From: Candidatus Bathyarchaeia archaeon
GTDB taxonomy: Archaea; Thermoproteota; Bathyarchaeia; 40CM-2-53-6
Assembly: GCA_049517415.1 (NCBI GenBank)
Contig: JBEKSC010000008.1
Span: forward strand, 1 to 40,000
Length of the DNA: 40,000 bases
Reading direction: 5' to 3'
Position numbers and translations under genes: made by a program. Shown here one piece after another: positions 1 through 8,833 of the stretch. The notes below the pieces were generated by a model. The model was given only the letters and a program-made list of their open reading frames with translations. It was not told the origin of the DNA and ran no database searches. The stretch's first letter is position 1. The number at the start of each line of letters is the position of its first letter.

Positions 1-638
1 GCGGAGCTTGGGGCTCTTGCGACCGAGATCATACCACCAGAGATAACCGACATATAACGCGCTATATCCTCGCCTCGGACGTCGTCTAGGGCCTTCTTCA
101 GAACCATAACGTCTCCAATCGTGTTTGCCATCGTCATGGGCGAGACTGGGATGCCTGCAATGTTAGTGGTGGAGAGAGACATCTCAGGTTTGGCCCTACC
201 ACAGGCATCTGCGTCGATGGCTGGCTTTCCTTGAAGCGCTGCAAAGTACATCGGAAGTACAGTGTTTCCTGGACCGATCTCACTTGGCACATACGTGAAG
301 AATTGTACACCCATCAGCGATTCCAATTCACTTGCTGCTTTCTGAACCGTGCCTGTCAGAGCCTCAACATGATCCTTCTTCTCAGTTAAACTCAGATAGG
401 GTCTGAGTTTCTCCGTGATCTCCTTCTCAACCCCTCCACCTACTTGCCCAATAATGCAGAGGTGCTTGTCCTCCGGAATCTCATTGGGGTCTACCAAAGT
501 GAATTGCTTCCCTGAACCATATATCGCTTTTATGAGTTGTAGTCCTGACTGTGCGCTGCCTCCACCGCCACAGCCAAGTATACCGGCCCCAACGAGAAGA
601 TCAAGCATGTCTCGTTCTGTGAGAGTTCTCATTTGCAT
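1..638 (-). CDS. DUF917-family protein, N-terminal part (gene runs off the window start)
   Basis: My own minus-strand translation from ATG 638 (alternative ATG at 632) gives MQMRTLTERDMLDLLVGAGILGCGGGGSAQSGLQLIKAIYGSGKQFTLVDPNEIPEDK... It stays open to position 1. The GxxILGxGGGG N-terminus is typical of DUF917. It is missing from the ORF track because no stop lies inside the window. Confidence 0.65.
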   Translation of the reverse strand, partial: MQMRTLTERDMLDLLVGAGILGCGGGGSAQSGLQLIKAIYGSGKQFTLVDPNEIPEDKHLCIIGQVGGGVEKEITEKLRPYLSLTEKKDHVEALTGTVQKAASELESLMGVQFFTYVPSEIGPGNTVLPMYFAALQGKPAIDADACGRAKPEMSLSTTNIAGIPVSPMTMANTIGDVMVLKKALDDVRGEDIARYMSVISGGMISVARAPSS

Positions 639-1010
639 CAATCCAAAACGGAACTGGGTTTCGAGACACCGATAGACCGTCATAATCTATTAGATTTTCG
701 CACAGGAATGAGTAGTAGACTTGGAAGGTTCTTGGGCCGATACGTTCACGCCAATGAACAATAGGTGGAGATATACACCACTCACGTACCCTAAGCGGGA
801 AGGCAGGAACAAGACGTTGACTCAAACAACCCACGCCCAACCATTAGTGTATTGTATTAATGTCTACCCAGTCAATATGTTATCAGCTATGACAATTTGA
901 AAAGGAATTAATGTCAAGCCAGGAAGAAGATACGTCTCGCAGAATCCGGGAACTCGGGCGATGAAATCCTCCCGGAATCGACTTCTCTGCAACCCGTGAG
1001 GGTAATCTGA

Positions 1011-1715
1011 TTGCGTGCAGGTCAGGAGAGAATTCCAACTGGTTGCAGCGGTTTGGATAAACTTCTCAACGGAGGCCTCGCAAGAGGAGAGGTGGCACTA
1101 GTTTATGGTGAAGCTGCAACCGGCAAAACAACTACAGTGATTCAGACTGCAATTGCCGCAGCCAAGTTAGGCCTCAAGATACTGTACTTGGACTCCGACC
1201 ATTCGTTCACCCAGCAGAGGTTTCATCAGATAGCTGGAGTGAAATCTGATGAGATCAGCCAACTTATCCTGCTCTTCCTGCCCGAGACTTTTTCAGAGCA
1301 ACGGAGTATCGTTGAATCGCTCGAAAACTATGTCACACCAGCTCTTGGTTTGGTGATTATCGATTCTATGAGCTCCCTCTATCGAGCTGCATTTTCAGGT
1401 TCGGAGAGCATTTTCAGTCTCAACAGAGATCTAAGTAGGCAGGTTGCGTACTTGGGAGATTTGTCCGCTTCTCGCAGAATTGCCTGTATTCTTACAAGTC
1501 AAGTTCACGCCCGCCTAACCAAGACTTCAGGTGAAATTGAACCAGTCGCACGCAGGGCGTTGTTCCATTTTCCGCAGACGATCCTCAGGATTAGAAATAC
1601 TCCCAGGACGAATGTCAAGGAGTTCGTTTTGGAGAGAAGGGGAGGTTCAGACGTTGCGAGAACTAGTTGCCTCATTGCACTCGGTGAAACCGGACTGTCG
1701 GATGTCTCAACCTAA
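1011..1715 (+). CDS. radB: RadB-type RecA-superfamily ATPase (RadA paralog)
   Basis: RIPTGCSGLDKLLNGGLARGEVALVYGEAATGKTT carries a Walker A motif (GxxxxGKT). YLDSDHSF and VIIDSMSSLY provide a Walker B-like strand. The size (234 aa) fits RadB. The start codon is TTG. Confidence 0.65.
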   Translation: MRAGQERIPTGCSGLDKLLNGGLARGEVALVYGEAATGKTTTVIQTAIAAAKLGLKILYLDSDHSFTQQRFHQIAGVKSDEISQLILLFLPETFSEQRSIVESLENYVTPALGLVIIDSMSSLYRAAFSGSESIFSLNRDLSRQVAYLGDLSASRRIACILTSQVHARLTKTSGEIEPVARRALFHFPQTILRIRNTPRTNVKEFVLERRGGSDVARTSCLIALGETGLSDVST

Positions 1716-1735
1716 CTCTTATCTCCGTAAACCCG

Positions 1736-2269
1736 ATGCTAGCGTTTGTCTCTCAGCTTGTGAACAGCTTGTGGCCTCCGACACAGGATTTGATTTCAGC
1801 TCTCTACATCATAGTACCAGCATACTGCACTAACGGTGCTCCAGTAATTTTTGGCGGCGGCCACCCATTAGATCTGGGCAAATCTCTCTCCGATGGGAAC
1901 CGGATACTCGGTGACAACAAGACGGTCCGCGGACTTCTTAGTGGGTTAGTGGTTGGCGCAATAGTTGGGGCTTTTGGCTACTACTTTTTCTCAAGGAAGC
2001 TGTTCCTGGTCGCAGTCTTGGCGTCGGGCGGCGCGCTTTTGGGCGACTTGGGAGGTGCTTTTCTAAAGAGGAGATTGAAAATCAAACCGGGGAACGCATT
2101 GCCAGGAATAGATCAACTGGATTTTGTCTTGGGTGCAATACTGTTTGTTTCTTCGGTTTACAGCTTAAGTCTGGGAGCAATCGTAATATTGCTTTTTGTG
2201 ACTCCGCCCATTCACTTTCTCATGAATGTTGTCGCGTACTATATTGGGCTTAAGAGGAACTATTGGTGA
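1736..2269 (+). CDS. carS: CDP-archaeol synthase
   Basis: The polytopic 177-aa protein has IIVPAYCTNGAPVIFGGGHPLDLGKSLSDGNRILGDNKTVRG. This is the hallmark CarS (DUF46) motif. Confidence 0.8.
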   Translation: MLAFVSQLVNSLWPPTQDLISALYIIVPAYCTNGAPVIFGGGHPLDLGKSLSDGNRILGDNKTVRGLLSGLVVGAIVGAFGYYFFSRKLFLVAVLASGGALLGDLGGAFLKRRLKIKPGNALPGIDQLDFVLGAILFVSSVYSLSLGAIVILLFVTPPIHFLMNVVAYYIGLKRNYW

Positions 2270-2279
2270 GTTAGCGTTA

Positions 2280-2738
2280 TCATCCGCCGATCTTTTGATT
2301 TATGAGCGCATTCGAGTAGAATACGACAATAAGTACCATAAGCGTGCCTAGTATGAGGAGGAGGTACGCGTTGCGTGGTCTGTAAGCAAATCTTGTGCTC
2401 CGAAGAAGCATGTAAAGACCCCCGAGGCCCAGCATGTAGAGGAAAGCCGCAATCAGGCTCTCGTTCAGTGTTTGCTCACCCAAGGTTCCCTGAATGACGA
2501 CTGAGTATCCGGTAGCGGATGGCAGGAGAGAGATTGGGCGTTCTAGTATATCGTATACTCCTCCAGCCAGTACGAAACCGACGAAGACAAGAACCGCGAC
2601 AATCATTACAGTGGTCGAGGGTTTCATCCTTCTTGCGTTGGGCGACCTGAAAATTCTAATGGAATAGCTTAGGTTTGTGAAAGTTCGTTGTAGTCTCCAT
2701 GGCAGCCTGCGAAGCTTGATTCGAAGCCCTTCGAACAT
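2280..2738 (-). CDS. Three-TM membrane protein resembling the eukaryotic OST subunit OSTC/DC2 (Ost3/Ost6 TM domain)
   Basis: The ORF spans 2280..2756 (GTG). ATG 2738 is preferred and ATG 2627 is also possible. The segments GFVLAGGVYDILERPISL, GEQTLNESLIAAFLYMLGLGGLYMLLRS and NAYLLLILGTLMVLIVVFY align colinearly with human OSTC as I remember it. The function is an inference. Confidence 0.55.
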   Translation of the reverse strand: MFEGLRIKLRRLPWRLQRTFTNLSYSIRIFRSPNARRMKPSTTVMIVAVLVFVGFVLAGGVYDILERPISLLPSATGYSVVIQGTLGEQTLNESLIAAFLYMLGLGGLYMLLRSTRFAYRPRNAYLLLILGTLMVLIVVFYSNALINQKIGG

Positions 2739-2822
2739 ATTTTGCAACACTCGCACTTAGAATGACCACGAGGCTAAAATATGTTACCGTGCTTGTCCTC
2801 GCTTGGCTAACGTGGTTAGGGC

Positions 2823-2996
2823 ATGCCACAAAAAATCGTATGCGAAGCCTGCGGCTCGATTCTATATGATGGGCTTGAACTAGAGACGCCAACCGAAATC
2901 ATTCAACGGCACAACGGTATCTGCCCACAATGCAAGAAAAAACTAGATTTCGTAACTGAGAAAGTCAAAATAGTTCCCTACGAAGAAACGGCCTGA
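2823..2996 (+). CDS. Small zinc-ribbon protein (57 aa)
   Basis: My own translation gives MPQKIVCEACGSILYDGLELETPTEIIQRHNGICPQCKKKLDFVTEKVKIVPYEETA*. It has a CxxC...CxxC pattern, lies below the ORF-track size cutoff, and is divergent from the OSTC-like gene. Confidence 0.5.
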   Translation: MPQKIVCEACGSILYDGLELETPTEIIQRHNGICPQCKKKLDFVTEKVKIVPYEETA

Positions 2997-3033
2997 CCTG
3001 CCAAAGACGCCTCAACGGTAAGAGCGAAACAGT

Positions 3034-4188
3034 TTGCTCAAAGATGTTCAGGTGCAAAGTTTTCATGCGGAAAACGGGCATCTGACGGAATTCGCAGGTT
3101 TCAACCTCCCTCTCTGGTTCAAAGGAATCATACTCGAATCAATGGCTGTTAGAAACGCTGCAGGAATTTTCGACGTAAGCCACATGGGTCGCGCGATAAT
3201 TCGGGGGAAGAATTCAGAGAAGTTACTGGATAGTTTGTCGACGAATAACGTTGCGTCCCTTGCGAACGGACAAGGCCAGTACTCCCTTCTCTGCAACCCT
3301 GAAGGGGGCATCAAAGATGATGTGCTGGTCTTCCGGTTGCAAGAGGGCGAGCACTTAATCGTTTACAACGCTGCGAACCGCTCTAAAGACTACGATTGGA
3401 TTCTAAACAACAGCAGAGGCTTGAATGTTGACATCCAAGACGTATCTGATGATGTCGCGATGTTCGCTGTGCAAGGCCCGAAAACGATCTCCATCATGCA
3501 ATCACTGTTTAGTGTTCAACTCGATGCAATTCCTAGGTTCGGGTGCTCTTGGGCACAGGTTGCTGGGACCAAGGCCTTGGTTTCTAGGACAGGCTATACT
3601 GGGGAGGACGGGTTCGAATTGTTCGTTTGGGATTCTCCTGTAGCTAAACCTGAGAAAGCACGAATGGTTTGGGATCGAGTCTTGCAGGCCGGAAAACCCT
3701 ATGGGCTTGAGCCATGCGGGTTGGGTGCTCGAGATGTTCTGCGCTTGGAAGCTGGGCTTTGCCTATACGGTACGGACATGGATGAGAACACAAACCCGTA
3801 CGAGGCGAAGCTGGGGTTCGTAGTAAAACTAGACAAGGAGTTCATCGGCAAGAAGAGATTGCAAGAAGTTAAAGAAAAGGGACCGTTGAAAACACGCATT
3901 GGCCTTGTAACAACGAGACGTGTTATTCCAAGGCATGGGTTTAACATAATTCACTCTGCGAAAAATGTCGGAACAGTAACAAGCGGAACTCTATCACCGA
4001 TTCTGAACAAAGGCATCGCAATGGGGTACGTTGGACCTGACTTTGGACGGGAAGGCATTGATATCGAAATCGAGGTAAGAGATCGTCTAGAGGAGGGCAA
4101 GATTGTCAAACCGCCATTTTACGATCCAAGCAAGTATGGATATTCAAGAAAGACACAGGTAACTTCGTCAGACGGTGCTAACGTTTAA
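3034..4188 (+). CDS. gcvT: Glycine cleavage system T protein (aminomethyltransferase)
   Basis: GIFDVSHMGR, QYSLLCNPEGGIKDDVLVFR and SRTGYTGEDGFELF match the GcvT family over the full length. The start codon is TTG. Confidence 0.9.
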   Translation: MLKDVQVQSFHAENGHLTEFAGFNLPLWFKGIILESMAVRNAAGIFDVSHMGRAIIRGKNSEKLLDSLSTNNVASLANGQGQYSLLCNPEGGIKDDVLVFRLQEGEHLIVYNAANRSKDYDWILNNSRGLNVDIQDVSDDVAMFAVQGPKTISIMQSLFSVQLDAIPRFGCSWAQVAGTKALVSRTGYTGEDGFELFVWDSPVAKPEKARMVWDRVLQAGKPYGLEPCGLGARDVLRLEAGLCLYGTDMDENTNPYEAKLGFVVKLDKEFIGKKRLQEVKEKGPLKTRIGLVTTRRVIPRHGFNIIHSAKNVGTVTSGTLSPILNKGIAMGYVGPDFGREGIDIEIEVRDRLEEGKIVKPPFYDPSKYGYSRKTQVTSSDGANV

Positions 4189-4522
4189 TTTTCTGATCGT
4201 GTCGTGACATTAAGTTCCCATAAAGGGATTCACCAGCGGTCCCCTCTGGCTCCTCACCCAACTCACCGATTTCCTCATTGGTCATCGCTGAAGTTGGCTT
4301 CAGAACAGTGACGATTGGCCCCCATCGTATGCCCCTTAGAGTCGGCAGTGTCTTTCCACATTCGAGACACTGCTCCAAGCCTTCGGGGTTAGCTGTCCCG
4401 CAGGAAGAACAATAGATAGGTTTCAGTATTGATCCGCAATCAATGCAATACCTGGCATCCAGTTTGTTTACCCTTTTGCAAGAGGGGCACCTTACGATTG
4501 TACCTGCCAATCTACCAACCAC
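4178..4522 (-). CDS. Double zinc-ribbon domain protein
   Basis: VRCPSCKRVNKLDARYCIDCG and IYCSSCGTANPEGLEQCLECG form two CxxC...CxxC ribbons, followed by an acidic tail. The 3' end overlaps gcvT by 11 nt (convergent). Confidence 0.6.
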   Translation of the reverse strand: MVGRLAGTIVRCPSCKRVNKLDARYCIDCGSILKPIYCSSCGTANPEGLEQCLECGKTLPTLRGIRWGPIVTVLKPTSAMTNEEIGELGEEPEGTAGESLYGNLMSRHDQKIKR

Positions 4523-4599
4523 GATTTATGGAGGTTCGCTACACATCCAGACAAGTCTTTCGTAGTTGAACTTTGGTTTCTCGGTCGGGATGATTTCGA

Positions 4600-5751
4600 T
4601 TGACAAGTGACGGATCACGAGGTGCCGAGGCATCCGAGGAGGTTCCAAATGTGGGCCTTATCGTAAATCCGATCGCAGGAATTGGTGGCGCCGTAGGACT
4701 CAAGGGAACGGATCGCCCCGAGATCTTAGAGGAGGCCTTGAGACGTGGAGGTCGTCCAGTCGCGCCAGAGCGTTCTATTCGGGCGCTAAGGGCAATGAAA
4801 CGGAACCTTCCGGGAGTGAACGTAATCACTTGTCCTGGCGAAATGGGGGAGAACGAGGCGGCCGCGGCCGCCATACACTGTGATGTGATACAAATTCAGC
4901 TTATGGAAAGAACTACTGCAGTTGACACTCTAAAGGCAGCTAAAGAGCTCGAACGCAAAGTATGCCTGCTATTGTTTGCTGGTGGAGATGGTACCGCTCG
5001 TGATATTTCGGAAGCTGTTGATGCTCATGTTCCCGTGCTCGGCATACCTTGCGGCGTAAAGAACTATTCCGGAGTTTTCGCGTCTTCACCCGAGGCCGTT
5101 GGAGGAACAGTCGCGTTGTTCATGGAGAACAAGAATGCGACGGTTGACTCCGAGGTGTTGGATTTCGATGAAGATTCGATGCGCAATGGTAGAATTCAAA
5201 CGAGAATCTGTGGAATATTGCGCGTGCCCTCTGCAAGGCGTTTCATGCAAAATGCGAAATCGGCTCCGTTCTCATTAGAGGGGGACATTGAGCAAGAAGC
5301 GTTGGCCAAGTTTGTTGCAGAAGATATGGACAAGGAATTTCAATACGTCCTAGGTCCTGGTTCAACTACCAGTAAGGTTGCTGAATTGCTGAATGTGCAA
5401 AAGACATTGCTCGGAGTTGACGTTATTCTCAGGGGTAGGTTGGTTGCTAGAGATGTAACTGGCAGGGAGTTAGAAGACCTAGTCCGATTACGATCAACGA
5501 AGTTGGTTATCTCCCCCATCGGCGGGCAGGGCCACATCCTAGGCAGAGGAAATCAACAAATTACCCCTAACGTGATTCGAGCAATTGGAAAAGAAAACAT
5601 CATCGTGATCTGTACCAGAAGCAAATTGGCCAATCTTCCTAACCGAAGGTTATATGTCGACAGTGGCGATATCCGATTGGACAACGAATTGGTTGGCTAT
5701 TGGCGTATTGTGGTGGGATATCGTGAATTTGCTGTAGTCAAAGTAGATTAA
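4600..5751 (+). CDS. ATP-NAD kinase-like family protein (COG3199 type)
   Basis: GLIVNPIAGIGGAVGLKGTD, LLLFAGGDGTARD and GIPCGVKNYSGVF are diagnostic. The start is TTG 4600, or GTG 4651 immediately before GLIVNPIAG. Confidence 0.7.
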   Translation: MTSDGSRGAEASEEVPNVGLIVNPIAGIGGAVGLKGTDRPEILEEALRRGGRPVAPERSIRALRAMKRNLPGVNVITCPGEMGENEAAAAAIHCDVIQIQLMERTTAVDTLKAAKELERKVCLLLFAGGDGTARDISEAVDAHVPVLGIPCGVKNYSGVFASSPEAVGGTVALFMENKNATVDSEVLDFDEDSMRNGRIQTRICGILRVPSARRFMQNAKSAPFSLEGDIEQEALAKFVAEDMDKEFQYVLGPGSTTSKVAELLNVQKTLLGVDVILRGRLVARDVTGRELEDLVRLRSTKLVISPIGGQGHILGRGNQQITPNVIRAIGKENIIVICTRSKLANLPNRRLYVDSGDIRLDNELVGYWRIVVGYREFAVVKVD

Positions 5752-5822
5752 CTTCGAGATGACTTTGCGGACCGATCTATGTCCAACCTGACACAGAATA
5801 TTGGGATTATAACTCACCAACC

Positions 5823-5865
5823 TTTTATAACACACTGAAAGTGTAATCTCAAAAATCCCTAGGTG
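5823..5865 (+). promoter_or_regulatory. Putative TATA box (TTTTATAA, 5823-5830) and SD-like AGGTG (5861-5865) upstream of aglB
   Basis: An A/T box lies about 41 nt upstream of ATG 5871. AGGTG lies 5 nt before the ATG. This is a motif-level call only. Confidence 0.3.
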
Positions 5866-5870
5866 CAGAA

Positions 5871-8645
5871 ATGTCAGCTACCCGGCAAGCCCTGAGGAAG
5901 GTGCGTGGCTTCCTAGGGAAGTACGTAAACCGCGAAACACTTGCCGGCCGTGTTGAAGGAACTCGCAAAGTTCTTTCAGGCATCTCTCGAGGAACAGCCA
6001 TAGAAGCAATTGTAGTTGGCTTGATTGTTCTCATAGCACTAGCCGTCCGAATAATGCCTATCCGCTGGGGATTCTTCCTAAACGAATTCGATCCGTACCT
6101 GCAATGGCGCATGGCACAGTACGTGGTCGATCACGGTTTCTTGGCGTGGTTTAACTGGCATGACACGATGAGTTGGTATCCATACGGCGCGGACATGCCC
6201 ACATGGAACCTCTACGGTACGGCCTTCGTAATAGCGGCAATTACGATGATACTGAATTATGTTGGCGTAAATGTAACCGTGTTTGTGGTTGCAATTATCT
6301 TTCCAGTAGTCGCCGGAACCCTAACCGTTCTAGCAGCATACTTCCTTGGAAAGGATTTCTGGGGAAAAGGCGCAGGATTGTTTACCGCCCTGTTCTTGGC
6401 TTTGAATCCAAGCAGTATCGGCCGAACCCAACTTGGTTTTCTCCGTCATGAGCCGCTTGGCATTCTCCTGATGATACTGATCTTCCTCTTCTTCAGAAGG
6501 TCGACTGTGCCAACCTCTTCAACCCGTAAGACGCTGATATACGCTGGCTTAACCGGCTTCATGCTCTTCTACCTGGCCGCGGAGTGGGCCGGAGGCCTAT
6601 ACCCGCTGGACCTACTGGTTCTCTACGTAGTTGTTTTAGGCGTACTGGGTCGTTCCTCGAAGAAACTCTTCCTAAGCTATTCTATCACTATGGGGATATT
6701 CTTACTCTTTACACCATTTTTGGTCCCGAAGCTTGGGTTAGCCTCACTTAGTGATTTCGGCTGGCTGGTGATCCCGGTTGGGGAAGTAGTCCTACTTGCT
6801 CGCGAAGCCTCCTCATATGTCACCAATAGGATGCACCAGATTTACGCGCTAACGGCGACGGTACTTGGAACCATAGCCGTTGTTGGCTTTCTTTCGTATT
6901 TCCACGTGGTTTCTTTCCCCTATGGCAAATTCTATGCCGTAATAGACCCGTTTGTCCGAGGTAACGTTCCAATCATCGCAAGTGTTGCGGAACATCAACC
7001 CGCAACATGGGGTTCGTTCTTCTACGAATTTGGAGGGCTTATTTTTCTGATTCTGTTCGGCTTCGTTTTCATCCTGCAAAGGGTTAGGAACGACGATATC
7101 TTCCTACTTCTATGGGGAGTCACTGCTGTCTATTTTGCGGCATCCTTCGTCCGTCTAACCTTGCTCCTTGCTCCGGCATTCTGCATATTAGCTGCCATAG
7201 GGACAGTGGAACTTGGAAAACCTGCAGTCGACATTGTGCGCGAGGCGGTTATCTATCCAAAGCATAAGACACGAGTCATAAGTAGAATTGGCCGAGAGTT
7301 TGGTGTCGCCATCTTCCTAATCCTCCTCATAATCATAATTCCGACCTTCTGGACGGCGGTGCGTGGTTCATACCAACCCGCCACAATCGTCACTTCGAGT
7401 ATACCCACAGCTCCAACAGCTGGGCAGGAATTCAAGTATGCAGATTGGCTTGAGGCGTTGTCGTGGATGCAACAGAACACGCCTACTGGTTCGGTTATTT
7501 TCGCGTGGTGGGACTATGGGTATTGGATCACAGCTCTAGGCAATCGGAAAACGCTCGCAGATAACGGTACCCAAAACGACACGCAGATAGCCGTGATAGC
7601 TCAAACCTTCCTCGACAATACCACTATGGCGATCCCTAATCTCCAGAAGTATAACGTATCCTACGTGGCTATCTTTATCACGCCTTCAGGTGGCAGTCAA
7701 GGAGGATACCAAGGGTTCGGCGAGGACGGGAAATGGTATTGGATGGCTCGCATCGGAAATAACACGATGTGGAACAACTATAAAGTGATCTACACGGAAA
7801 CTACTGTCGCCACTCAAAGTGGTAGCACCAGTTCGAGCTATACCCAATTGCTCGAGGACTCGAAAGGAAGAGTCGTAAGTAACGATACGATTGCAGACAA
7901 TAACCAGCTCAACGACCACACGATGTTAGGCTACATGATGGCTGAGGTAACAAATGCGGCAAATGAACATGCCTCTCCATACTTCACACGTGTCTTCTCT
8001 TCATCGAACAACTTTGTATTCCTCTTCCAGGTGAGAATTCTAAGGTCAGTTCACCTATCGATCAATCCAACCAAACACGAAATCCCATACGGACAGCAAG
8101 TGGTGCTTGCTGGGAGTCTTGGTGATGCCTCTGGAAACCCATTAAGCATCAACAACCCGTCGGTCGCATTAGAAACATCTACCGACAGTGGCCAAACGTG
8201 GCAGCAAATAACAACCGCGCCTGTCTCTCCAAACGGAACGTATAGCTACAACTGGACACCTGACGCTGGCAATTACATTATTCGAGCCCACTACCTAGGT
8301 GCTGTCGGACCGTACGCAGAGGCTGCGACTACGCCTGAAGCCCTACTTGTGCAAACCGGAACAGTAAATTTGAGTATCACAACACCCTCCCATTCAGTAA
8401 CGATCGGCCAGAACGTTACGGTGACGGTTCAAATGTCCCCGTTCGTGAGCGGAGCCAACGTAACCATATCGTATACCTTTGACAACAAAACATTTGTTCC
8501 GATCCAAACTGTAATCATGAATTCCCCCAGCATGAGTTTCACTTGGCTTGTTAACATACCTGGGAGCTTTACATTGGCCGCGAACTGGCCAGGAAACCAA
8601 AACTACAACCGAGCACTGGCGGAAATTACGCTCAACAAGTCATGA
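5871..8645 (+). CDS. aglB: Archaeal oligosaccharyltransferase AglB (STT3 homolog) with a C-terminal Ig-like extension
   Basis: The N-terminal half is polytopic. The catalytic WWDYGYWI (WWDYG) motif is present, and the C-terminal beta-rich domains are repeated. Confidence 0.9.
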   Translation: MSATRQALRKVRGFLGKYVNRETLAGRVEGTRKVLSGISRGTAIEAIVVGLIVLIALAVRIMPIRWGFFLNEFDPYLQWRMAQYVVDHGFLAWFNWHDTMSWYPYGADMPTWNLYGTAFVIAAITMILNYVGVNVTVFVVAIIFPVVAGTLTVLAAYFLGKDFWGKGAGLFTALFLALNPSSIGRTQLGFLRHEPLGILLMILIFLFFRRSTVPTSSTRKTLIYAGLTGFMLFYLAAEWAGGLYPLDLLVLYVVVLGVLGRSSKKLFLSYSITMGIFLLFTPFLVPKLGLASLSDFGWLVIPVGEVVLLAREASSYVTNRMHQIYALTATVLGTIAVVGFLSYFHVVSFPYGKFYAVIDPFVRGNVPIIASVAEHQPATWGSFFYEFGGLIFLILFGFVFILQRVRNDDIFLLLWGVTAVYFAASFVRLTLLLAPAFCILAAIGTVELGKPAVDIVREAVIYPKHKTRVISRIGREFGVAIFLILLIIIIPTFWTAVRGSYQPATIVTSSIPTAPTAGQEFKYADWLEALSWMQQNTPTGSVIFAWWDYGYWITALGNRKTLADNGTQNDTQIAVIAQTFLDNTTMAIPNLQKYNVSYVAIFITPSGGSQGGYQGFGEDGKWYWMARIGNNTMWNNYKVIYTETTVATQSGSTSSSYTQLLEDSKGRVVSNDTIADNNQLNDHTMLGYMMAEVTNAANEHASPYFTRVFSSSNNFVFLFQVRILRSVHLSINPTKHEIPYGQQVVLAGSLGDASGNPLSINNPSVALETSTDSGQTWQQITTAPVSPNGTYSYNWTPDAGNYIIRAHYLGAVGPYAEAATTPEALLVQTGTVNLSITTPSHSVTIGQNVTVTVQMSPFVSGANVTISYTFDNKTFVPIQTVIMNSPSMSFTWLVNIPGSFTLAANWPGNQNYNRALAEITLNKS

Positions 8646-8665
8646 TAATGGTCTCTATTCCACTA

Positions 8666-8833
8666 CTATTGCCCTGAATATTTCTCCTCATTTGATTGAC
8701 GGAGTCGAGCATATTTGTCGTGCGGAGAAAACTTTGGTGGATGGGGTGTAACTGTAGCCTCTCCGCACTTGGGGCAGTTCTGCTTCAACGTGTAGGTTTT
8801 GCAGTCAGGACATTTTCTTAGAAGCCATTTCAA
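8666..8833 (-). CDS. nop10: H/ACA RNP protein Nop10
   Basis: My own translation gives (TTG)KWLLRKCPDCKTYTLKQNCPKCGEATVTPHPPKFSPHDKYARLRQSNEEKYSGQ*. The CxxC...CPxCG...HPP+FSP.DKY pattern is the Nop10 signature. The start overlaps the eif2a stop (TTGA). The eif2a-nop10 order is conserved in archaea. Confidence 0.8.
   Translation of the reverse strand: MKWLLRKCPDCKTYTLKQNCPKCGEATVTPHPPKFSPHDKYARLRQSNEEKYSGQ

Noticed and set aside
415-840. ORFs 415..675 (+) and 601..840 (-).
   Set aside because: Both overlap or abut the well-supported DUF917 reading frame (minus strand, 1-638). Their composition is proline- and serine-rich and low in complexity.
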